From: Oscillospiraceae bacterium
Lineage (GTDB): Bacteria; Bacillota; Clostridia; Oscillospirales; Oscillospiraceae
DNA length: 64,000 nt
Direction: 5' to 3'
NCBI GenBank assembly: GCA_009780175.1
Contig: WRAO01000010.1
Span: 18,585 to 82,584, forward strand
This document shows, piece by piece, positions 54,265 to 61,226 of this stretch; position 1 is the stretch's first letter, and the number at the start of each line of letters is the position of its first letter. The notes beneath the pieces are model-generated. The model was given only the letters and a program-made list of their open reading frames with translations. It searched no databases and was not told where the DNA came from. Both the position numbers and the translations under genes were made by a program.

Positions 54265-55437
54265 TTAAATATTTGATAACCACATTGTCCAACGTGTGTA
54301 ATTGTGATTGCCTTGTCTATTCCAATCCATATCAAAACCGATACCCACTTGATTCATATCTAATCCCCATGATGCACCTTGTTGACCTGAAAAAATCAAT
54401 CCACGATGTGATGGTGATGCTAACCACGCATTTAATACTGCTTGTGCCGCGTTTTGCCCACCTGCTAAATTTTCGACTGCCCAAACATTTGATCCCGATC
54501 CTGTCACTGTCCGAAAATGATACCAATGTGAAAAACCTGTTGTTTCTGAAACGTGTGACCATGAATTGTGTCTTAAACTTTCTTCTGCTCGTGCTTGTGC
54601 TACACTGCTAACTGTTTCATTAAAAATAAATGCTGGCAAACCATGTTCTGCACGAACAACATTTACCAATCTAATAAACTCACGTTCAAATGCACCTTGA
54701 ATCTCAACTCTTGTAAATCCTTGATTTCTTAACTGATACCACGTTGCACCATTTCTTGTCAATGCGTCAATGTCTGCATTGTTGCCACCATTGCCAACAT
54801 TCATAAATCGCATGAAAATTGTTGCCGCTTCTGCTCTTGTCAATGTGCCTGTTGCATTTATCGTTGTCGTTGTTCGTCCTCTAATAACATCGTGAAAATT
54901 CATCCATCTTAACGCTGAATATGAACCACTTGCAATCTGACCACGATCTGTAAACTGATTCCATTGCTGACTTTGTTGACCTGTATCTGTTAAATCCGTC
55001 ATATTCATTGCGTAACGATACATCATGGTTGCGAACTCTTGACGTGTTGCGTGACGATTTGGGAAAAACTGATTGCCTGTTCCATTATCAATATTATTAT
55101 TGTTCATCCATGTAATGTATGCTGTATACCATGCACTCCCAACATCTGTAAAATTGTTGCTTGTGCTATCACTTGCATTTGCTCTACGTCCATGATGTAA
55201 TCTGAAAATCAACGCCGAAACTTCGCTACGTGTCAAATTACGCTCTGTTGCGAATTGATTATTTCCTACACCCTCCATGATTCCATTTGCGAACACAAAT
55301 TGTATTCCCTCTGAATACCATTGACCATCTCTCACATCATTAAAATTATGACGTGTTGCAAATGCTGGCGATGCGATCCCAATAATCATAATGATTGCTA
55401 ATAAAATCGTGATTGCTCTCTTTGTGAACTTCTGCAT
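54265..55437 (-). CDS. Secreted SLH-domain protein with a C-terminal CAP/SCP (PR-1-like) domain
   Basis: ORF 54265..55509. The preferred start is ATG 55437 (AAGGAG 7 nt upstream; signal peptide MQKFTKRAITILLAIIMIIGIASPAFA). Three SLH units begin FNDVRDGQWY, FTDVGSAWY and FTDRGQIASGSY. The CAP-like region runs VNVVRAEHGLP....H.....ENLA.G......V..W..SP.HR. Confidence 0.8.
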   Translation of the reverse strand: MQKFTKRAITILLAIIMIIGIASPAFATRHNFNDVRDGQWYSEGIQFVFANGIMEGVGNNQFATERNLTRSEVSALIFRLHHGRRANASDSTSNNFTDVGSAWYTAYITWMNNNNIDNGTGNQFFPNRHATRQEFATMMYRYAMNMTDLTDTGQQSQQWNQFTDRGQIASGSYSALRWMNFHDVIRGRTTTTINATGTLTRAEAATIFMRFMNVGNGGNNADIDALTRNGATWYQLRNQGFTRVEIQGAFEREFIRLVNVVRAEHGLPAFIFNETVSSVAQARAEESLRHNSWSHVSETTGFSHWYHFRTVTGSGSNVWAVENLAGGQNAAQAVLNAWLASPSHRGLIFSGQQGASWGLDMNQVGIGFDMDWNRQGNHNYTRWTMWLSNI

Positions 55438-55580
55438 TTTTGATTCTCCTTGTTTGCTTTGATTGCTTAAACTATTTATCATTGTACGCCATTCGACATA
55501 TATTGTCAAATTTACGTGAGTTATTCGCTCACGGCGATTCGTTTTCTAATTCGATACAATAATGTGAGGTGTTCGCTCAC

Positions 55581-55868
55581 ATGAATATAATCGAATTTGA
55601 CCATGACATTTATAACACCATACGCAAAAACATAAAACAACATCGCAAACAACGAAAAATGACTGCTGAACAACTTGCCGAACTTGTTGACTTGTCGTAT
55701 GATTTCATTCGTCAAATCGAAAGCGAAAAGGTTGCAAACACATTTTCAGTTGATACATTGTACCGCATTGCGATTGCATTGAATGTTAGTGTTGATGTGC
55801 TTATGGGAATACAAATTGATCCACCTGATGAACAACAAACCGATGATGAAAACAACGAACCCCAATAA
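55581..55868 (+). CDS. XRE-family HTH regulator
   Basis: ORF 55569..55868. The ATG 55581 start is preferred. IRKNIKQHRKQRKMTAEQLAELVDLSYDFIRQIESEK is a classic HTH_3. Confidence 0.8.
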   Translation: MNIIEFDHDIYNTIRKNIKQHRKQRKMTAEQLAELVDLSYDFIRQIESEKVANTFSVDTLYRIAIALNVSVDVLMGIQIDPPDEQQTDDENNEPQ

Positions 55869-55890
55869 GCTCTTGCCGACCATAAAAAAC

Positions 55891-55937
55891 GTGTACGAAT
55901 CGTGTACGAATGGGCTGGAGAGCGCTTGTGTACGAAT
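55891..55937 (+). repeat. Arm-type repeats (right end of element 2)
   Basis: GTGTACGAAT occurs at 55891, 55902 and 55928. Confidence 0.7.
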
Positions 55938-56034
55938 TTATAAAACCTGAAAATGGTTTATGAAAGTTGATGTAAATGGAGGTTTTTTGATATTTTCTTA
56001 ATCAAAAAGTGATGGCTTTATGGAAAACATCGAA

Positions 56035-56050
56035 CCTTCTGCCCCTGCCA
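56035..56050 (+). repeat. Third copy of the tRNA-Trp 3' terminus (distal junction of element 2)
   Basis: CCTTCTGCCCCTGCCA is identical to tRNA nt 36258-36273. Confidence 0.8.
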
Positions 56051-56053
56051 GGA

Positions 56054-56090
56054 AAAACCACTACAACCGTACTGATTGTAGTGGTTTTTT
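56054..56090 (+). terminator. Hairpin terminator, probably the ancestral tRNA-Trp terminator
   Basis: AAAAACCACTACAA-ccgtactga-TTGTAGTGGTTTTTT. It shares a CTACAACCGTA...TTGTAG core with 36277-36312. Confidence 0.7.
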
Positions 56091-56316
56091 GTTTTTCCCA
56101 CGCTATTTCGCGTCCCTATTCCGCATAAGATAGTCAACGATTCCTTCAGCTGGTGGCCACACCGCAGTTCCCTCCTGTTCGGATACTTACTTCTAACTGT
56201 AGCACCAGTCCATAGGCCATAACGCAAATTGTTATATAATAACAATTTGCGCACAATCTTATCCGATCATGTTAGATTGTGCGCAAAGGGGTATGTGTTA
56301 TGGCGGTGCGGATTTT

Positions 56317-56547
56317 TTGTCTACGCGTTTAGGCGAAAAACGTTGAACACAAGCAGATCTTGCCCGTGCAACAGATATCCGTCCTAACACCATCGGCGAA
56401 CTTTACCACGAACTGAACGATCGCATCAATCTCGATCATCTTGACTTAATCTGCGAGGCCCTGGAATGCGATATATCAGATATTCTAAAGCGTGAACCAA
56501 ACGAACACCCACGAATTAAGTCGAAAAACGGAAATCTTCTTCCCTAA
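56317..56547 (+). pseudogene. XRE/YozG-type HTH regulator interrupted by an in-frame TGA
   Basis: The frame reads (TTG)STRLGEKR*TQADLARATDIRPNTIGELYHELNDRINLDHLDLICEALECDISDILKREP. The stop is at 56344-56346, inside the HTH helix 1-2 region. Confidence 0.6.
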
Positions 56548-56559
56548 CTAAAAAAGCAA

Positions 56560-56593
56560 AACCCCCGGACCTCAACTTCGAGTTCCGGGGGTT
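56560..56593 (-). terminator. Terminator of the RNHCP gene
   Basis: Minus strand: AACCCCCGGA-actcgaagttgagg-TCCGGGGGTT followed by TTGCTTTTTT. Confidence 0.7.
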
Positions 56594-56608
56594 CTTCTTA
56601 TCTACTAT

Positions 56609-57025
56609 CTATGCGTCTTCACCCATAATCTCTAGCAATCTCTCCATCCGCTCCAGCGGAAACGGCGGGTTACCGAGCGGTTTCATGGCCAGCGACATCA
56701 ACTTCAAGGAATTGTCGTCCGCCGCGCTGCGGTTCGAACTGAGATGCCCGCAAATCCTACAGCGGTGGATAATCGCCCACTCGCCGCCTTTTCTCACCCA
56801 AATGCCGATCGCCTCCATCACGCCGCCGCAGTCCGCCTCGCGGCCTCCCGGCTCATTGTCTAAATGCTGACTCGAAAGGCAGTAGGGGCAATGGTTTCTA
56901 TGGTTACTCGCCGCACCGTCCGGCACAACCAGACGATCGCACACCTTGCAAGTAAAGCTGTCGTTGCAAGTATGATTGCGATAATAGCCCTTCATGTATT
57001 TTTTTCGTTTATTTTCTCTGTTCAA
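56609..57025 (-). CDS. RNHCP domain-containing protein (Cys-rich, zinc-ribbon-like)
   Basis: 138 aa with a TTG start (AGGAGG 8 nt upstream). The literal HRNHCPYCLSSQHLD motif plus CGG.M and HRCRICG define the RNHCP family. Confidence 0.8.
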   Translation of the reverse strand: MNRENKRKKYMKGYYRNHTCNDSFTCKVCDRLVVPDGAASNHRNHCPYCLSSQHLDNEPGGREADCGGVMEAIGIWVRKGGEWAIIHRCRICGHLSSNRSAADDNSLKLMSLAMKPLGNPPFPLERMERLLEIMGEDA

Positions 57026-57516
57026 GTGTTTTTCCTCCTGAAAGTTGTTGTTTGCCTCAACTCTCCGGGAGACTCCCGCTACTTAGCGCAGACAAACCTC
57101 CCGGCTTGCTACACTCTCTGCTCTAAGACTGTTCATAAAATAACGCTCCTTTTCATCTTAATCTACCCTGTTTCTTTTTCAACTGTCTCTTGAACCGCTT
57201 GACTCTTGCCGCCAAACATTCGGCTGCTTTTCAATGATTGCACTCCTTACGCCATTTGGGCAAACAAAAAAGCGCAGTTACCCACTGCGCTACAAAACAA
57301 ACAAAAGAACGTGTTGCGTGAACACTTCTTCGGATTGTCACATAAGGCATTTGGGTACACAAAACAAGCAGGCAAAATCCCCGCTGCCGCGACGCAAATA
57401 GTCACCTTATTGACGAACCCTCACCAGTCATTCCACACTTTCTCTTATGATCTAGTTTTCAAGATAACACTAAACCCTAGCATTGTCAACCCCACGACAA
57501 ATGTATACATTTCCCC

Positions 57517-57545
57517 TTGACAAAAAACTACATTTGTAGTATATT
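57517..57545 (+). promoter_or_regulatory. blaI-operon promoter with an embedded BlaI/MecI-type operator palindrome
   Basis: TTGACA (57517-57522), a 17-nt spacer, then TATATT (57540-57545). The spacer holds ACTACAttTGTAGT (57527-57540), matching the TACA/TGTA dyad bound by BlaI/MecI/CopY-family repressors. Confidence 0.7.
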
Positions 57546-57578
57546 TTATATTGATAGTTTCACCGGGGAGGCCTTTCC

Positions 57579-57950
57579 ATGGAACATAAAATTTCTGATG
57601 CCGAACTAGAAGTCATGCGGATTTTGTGGCGCGAGCAGCGTCCGCTCAAAGTTTCAGAGTTTCGAGATGAACTTGAGCAAAGAAAGGGTTGGAATAAATC
57701 CACCACCGGCACGCTCGTTACACGCCTGCGCGACAAAGCGCTGATTGAGCCCACCGAACGCTATGGCGTAGCGCGCTACGTTCCCCTCATCACAGAGGAC
57801 GAGTATGTCCTCACAGAAGAAAAAGCTTTGCTCGAAAAGTTCGGAAGCGCGAAAAAACTCGCAGTCGCTATGATTCGCAACGGACACCTGAGTAGTTCCG
57901 ACATCGAAGAATTGCGCGCATACTTCCAGATGGGTGGTGACAACGCATGA
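57579..57950 (+). CDS. blaI: BlaI/MecI/CopY-family transcriptional repressor
   Basis: 123 aa. ISDAELEVMRILW......V.E........GWNKSTTGTLVTRL..K is a winged-helix Penicillinase_R pattern. Confidence 0.88.
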   Translation: MEHKISDAELEVMRILWREQRPLKVSEFRDELEQRKGWNKSTTGTLVTRLRDKALIEPTERYGVARYVPLITEDEYVLTEEKALLEKFGSAKKLAVAMIRNGHLSSSDIEELRAYFQMGGDNA

Positions 57951-59881
57951 GCGATCTTTTCAGAACCATCCTCATCATGTCCTTATCCGGCAGTGCGCTT
58001 GCGCTTGTGCTTTTTGCCATAAAGCCGCTCCTGCGGAATCGCTTGCCGAAGTCTGCGCAATACTACTTATGGCTCGTCGTAATCGTCGCGTTTCTCCTGC
58101 CGATCTCCCAGTTTGCCATTTTGTCGGACCAACAGGCAATACCGATTCCAACCGTTCCGACCATCAACGATACGGTAACGCGGTTTGTGATTACCCAAGA
58201 GGAGGCGTACGAACGGTTTCAGACCATCCCGCCTGTCGCAAGCGGTAGCGCCTCGGCCTATGGATGGGAGCAACAAGCTCTAGCAAGCTTGCTCACTTGG
58301 GCAACAACCTATTTGGTCATGCTCTATCCTCTCGGCGTTCTCCTATTTGGCCTCTATTATGCGGTGAATTATACGATCTTTATGAAGCTCTATCGTCGCC
58401 GCAATCGCGCGGCAAGCGAGGAGGCTTATACCATCCTCAAAGCGCTCTGTAAAGGCCCTATTCCGCACCTGTATCAGAACCCATTGGCGTCCACACCAAT
58501 GCTTTTTGGGGTGTTTAATCCTACCATTATCCTACCCGATCAGGCGTATACAACAGACCAAATCCGCTCCATTTTGTCGCATGAACTCGTCCATTTGCGC
58601 CGTAAAGATACCTTTATCAAGTGGCTTACCCTGCTTGTTACCACATTGCACTGGTTCAACCCGATCGTCTGGTTTGTCGTCCGCCGCGAGATTGAGCGCA
58701 CCTGCGAACTGGCTTGCGACGAGGCCGTGATCCGCAATCTGGGCATGGACGAAAAGCAGAGTTATGGCGATACGCTCCTCTTTGTTTCTGCGGAATCGAA
58801 ACTGCCGAGGGTCGTCCTCGCTGCCACAATGTGCGAAGAACAAAAGAATCTCAAGGAGCGGCTCGGCTCCATTATGAAAAGCAAACAACATACTCGTATC
58901 GCGTTAATTTTATCAGCGGTCTTGATCTTCTTCGCCGCCGGCTTTGTTGTGGCGCTCGGGGTAGGAAACGGCAATGGCGGGCACGCTACCCAAACCTTCG
59001 CGGCCGAAGCCCCGACACGGCCATCTTTATCGGATGCCTTTGGCGCCGGACGGCCTCAGCCCGCAGGTCCGGAAGCAGAACTCCCCGCTTACATCACCAT
59101 CCGCGGGGCGCAATTCAGCACGGCGCTCACCACGCTTGATCTGAATCGCATGGCCTTGACGAATGAAGAACTCATCCCGCTCCGCTATATGACGAATTTG
59201 ACGGCGCTTTGGATTAGCAACAGCCAAACGGCTTTGTCTGATACCTCCCTTACCGACCTAAGCCCCTTGGCCGGGCTTACAAATCTGACGGACCTCCACC
59301 TCGGCGGGAACCAGATTAGCGATCTTACTCCACTGGCCGGCCTGACGAACTTAACCGCGCTCAGCCTCGATATGAACCAAATCAGCGACCTCTCTCCGTT
59401 GGCAGGCCTCACAAACTTAACGGGCCTCGGCCTTGGTATGAACCAAATCAGTGACATCACACCCCTCGCTAGTCTCACAAACTTGACGCGACTTCACCTC
59501 GACGGCAATCAAATGAGCGATCTCGCGCCGCTGGCTGGCCTCGTGAATTTGACCGTTCTTAGCCTCAGCGGGAACCGAATCAACGACCTCTCTCCGCTGG
59601 CTGGCCTCACAGACCTGACCTACCTTTGGGCAGGCAGCAACCCGCTCAGCGACTTGGGTCCGCTGGCTGGTCTTACGAATTTAATGAGCCTCAGCCTGTA
59701 TAGCAACCAAATTAGCGATCTTACTCCGCTGGCCGGGCTTACCAATTTGAGCTTCCTCAACTTGAACGAAAATCAGATCCGTGACATCACCCCACTGGCT
59801 GGCCTTACAAATCTGGACGGTGTCGCCCTCGACTGGAACCAGATCTCCGACTGGTCTACCTTGGCGCGCCTCTTCCCATAA
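57947..59881 (+). CDS. BlaR1/MecR1-like M56 membrane metalloprotease with a C-terminal leucine-rich-repeat domain instead of a penicillin-binding sensor
   Basis: 644 aa, with an ATGA overlap with blaI. A typical BlaR1 N-terminus and HELVHLRRKD zinc motif with a downstream E..CDE. After a TM at about aa 320-340 come about ten 22-aa repeats LTNLT.L.L..NQISD..PLAGL (nt ~59130-59878). Confidence 0.85.
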   Translation: MSDLFRTILIMSLSGSALALVLFAIKPLLRNRLPKSAQYYLWLVVIVAFLLPISQFAILSDQQAIPIPTVPTINDTVTRFVITQEEAYERFQTIPPVASGSASAYGWEQQALASLLTWATTYLVMLYPLGVLLFGLYYAVNYTIFMKLYRRRNRAASEEAYTILKALCKGPIPHLYQNPLASTPMLFGVFNPTIILPDQAYTTDQIRSILSHELVHLRRKDTFIKWLTLLVTTLHWFNPIVWFVVRREIERTCELACDEAVIRNLGMDEKQSYGDTLLFVSAESKLPRVVLAATMCEEQKNLKERLGSIMKSKQHTRIALILSAVLIFFAAGFVVALGVGNGNGGHATQTFAAEAPTRPSLSDAFGAGRPQPAGPEAELPAYITIRGAQFSTALTTLDLNRMALTNEELIPLRYMTNLTALWISNSQTALSDTSLTDLSPLAGLTNLTDLHLGGNQISDLTPLAGLTNLTALSLDMNQISDLSPLAGLTNLTGLGLGMNQISDITPLASLTNLTRLHLDGNQMSDLAPLAGLVNLTVLSLSGNRINDLSPLAGLTDLTYLWAGSNPLSDLGPLAGLTNLMSLSLYSNQISDLTPLAGLTNLSFLNLNENQIRDITPLAGLTNLDGVALDWNQISDWSTLARLFP

Positions 59882-59924
59882 CACCCGCTCAAAAATAACA
59901 CGATCCCCCGCAAGGAGTCCACAC

Positions 59925-60947
59925 ATGCACAGGCGAACAAATCCGGTCAAAGCTTTCATCCTTGTCTTATTAATGACAACCCTCGGCTTCGGCTTAGTAG
60001 CCGGCGGGTTATCGCTCCACCAGCAGAGTACACGCACTTCGATCGCGCAGATCTCACGCCCAATCGCGCAGCCTTCTCCGCAGATCGCGCATGCGCTGTA
60101 TACGGAACACGGGATACATGGAGCACACCTGCAAAGCGAACTTATGCCGGCCCCAATTTACACCAACTTCACCCCTCCGACCGATGCGCTGACCGAGTTA
60201 CTGCAACGCCACGGCTACGGTTTATCTGTATACTTTCAGAATCTGGAGACGGGCTTCGTGTTCGCGTATAACGCCGATCATATTCACTTCTCGGCCAGCC
60301 TCCCGAAGGCCGTCTATGCGTTCTACCTCTTCCATCTGGCCGAGCAGGGCCTGCTCGACCTAGACAGCCGCCAGACTTACACCTGGGCGGATTTCAGCGA
60401 CAATTCCGGCATCATCCACCAACGATACCCGGTCGGCACAAGCTTTTCCACGAGAGAGCTCATCCGCTTAAACGTGAGCGAAAGCGATGATGTGGCAACC
60501 TTGATCCTCCGCAGAGTCCACGGGTTGGATGGGTACCGCGCGTTTATTTCGGATATCGGCGGCAATCCCGCTCATGTCGGGGCCGCCGGTTCGCCCTGGA
60601 TCGGGACGGAGATCATGAATTCTCACATCAGCGCCAATGAGGCCGGGCTTTTTATGCAGCGCATTTTTGAATATTTGGAGTCCGGCGGCGCCTATAGCGC
60701 AGAGTTTCAGGCCGCTTTGCTCGACAATCAATTCCCCTTCATCGTCTCTGACTACCCTGTCGCAAGCAAAAGCGGGTGGACGGCGCCCTTTGCTTGGCAC
60801 GATATGGCCATTGTCTATGCTCCTTCGCCCTTTATCCTCGTCATCCTCTCTCAGCGCACCGGCTGGACTGAGGCGGATTACCGAGATTTCGCCGAAATCT
60901 CGATGGCTTTTCAGGCGTTCAATGATACGTGGTTTGTAAATCCATAA
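59925..60947 (+). CDS. Membrane-anchored class A beta-lactamase-like serine hydrolase
   Basis: ORF 59781..60947. The preferred start is ATG 59925 (AAGGAG 7 nt upstream). It has an N-terminal TM (AFILVLLMTTLGFGLVAGG), an SxxK motif (SASLPK), an SxS/SDN-position motif (SESDD) and a K(S/T)G motif (SKSGWT). Confidence 0.75.
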   Translation: MHRRTNPVKAFILVLLMTTLGFGLVAGGLSLHQQSTRTSIAQISRPIAQPSPQIAHALYTEHGIHGAHLQSELMPAPIYTNFTPPTDALTELLQRHGYGLSVYFQNLETGFVFAYNADHIHFSASLPKAVYAFYLFHLAEQGLLDLDSRQTYTWADFSDNSGIIHQRYPVGTSFSTRELIRLNVSESDDVATLILRRVHGLDGYRAFISDIGGNPAHVGAAGSPWIGTEIMNSHISANEAGLFMQRIFEYLESGGAYSAEFQAALLDNQFPFIVSDYPVASKSGWTAPFAWHDMAIVYAPSPFILVILSQRTGWTEADYRDFAEISMAFQAFNDTWFVNP

Positions 60948-60953
60948 CCATGA

Positions 60954-60995
60954 CCGGAACCCCCTGCCAAGCGTTGCCAAGGCAGGGGGTTCCGG
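60954..60995 (+). terminator. Hairpin terminator after the bla-like gene
   Basis: CCGGAACCCCCTGCC-aagcgttgccaa-GGCAGGGGGTTCCGG followed by TTTGT. Confidence 0.75.
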
Positions 60996-61185
60996 TTTGT
61001 CTGCCCGCAATTGGCTATAAGGGGATTCCGCCGCTCACCGTGTGGATGGAAGTGATTGCAAAAGAAACCATTGAATTTATTGGCATTTTCAGTTTGTTTT
61101 TTCTCATTTGGCCGCAGTCGTGTATGGCACAACGAACAGCGCGCGGGACAATGACATCTGCGAATACTGCGCCATATAGACGAAC

Positions 61186-61224
61186 AAAAGCCCCGGAACT
61201 CCACTATGAGTTCCGGGGCTTTTT
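61186..61224. terminator. Terminator of uvrB (bidirectional hairpin)
   Basis: AAAAGCCCCGGAACT-ccactatg-AGTTCCGGGGCTTTT. Confidence 0.8.
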
Positions 61225-61226
61225 TG

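Larger units (their letters stand above)
48243..56050. mobile_element. Integrated low-GC element 2: putative integrative mobilizable element (Int + HUH Rep/helicase + FtsK-like ATPase)
   Basis: Bounded by tRNA-Trp 3' copies at 48198-48242 and 56035-56050. Spot GC is about 32-38%. The integrase abuts the left junction. GTGTACGAAT repeats lie inside both ends. Confidence 0.8.

Noticed and set aside
56344-56346. In-frame TGA in the XRE-like gene as possible Trp or selenocysteine recoding, tempting because it lies next to a tRNA-Trp locus.
   Set aside because: TGA terminates ordinary genes in this window, for example maf at 14463-14465. The tRNA has a CCA anticodon, not UCA. No SECIS-like hairpin follows. 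A pseudogene is the simplest reading.
56864-57520. + strand ORFs 56864..57193 and 57206..57520.
   Set aside because: The first overlaps the RNHCP gene antisense. The second lies in the intergenic region, has no RBS, and has a low-complexity sequence. The region is better explained by minus-strand promoter and terminator signals.
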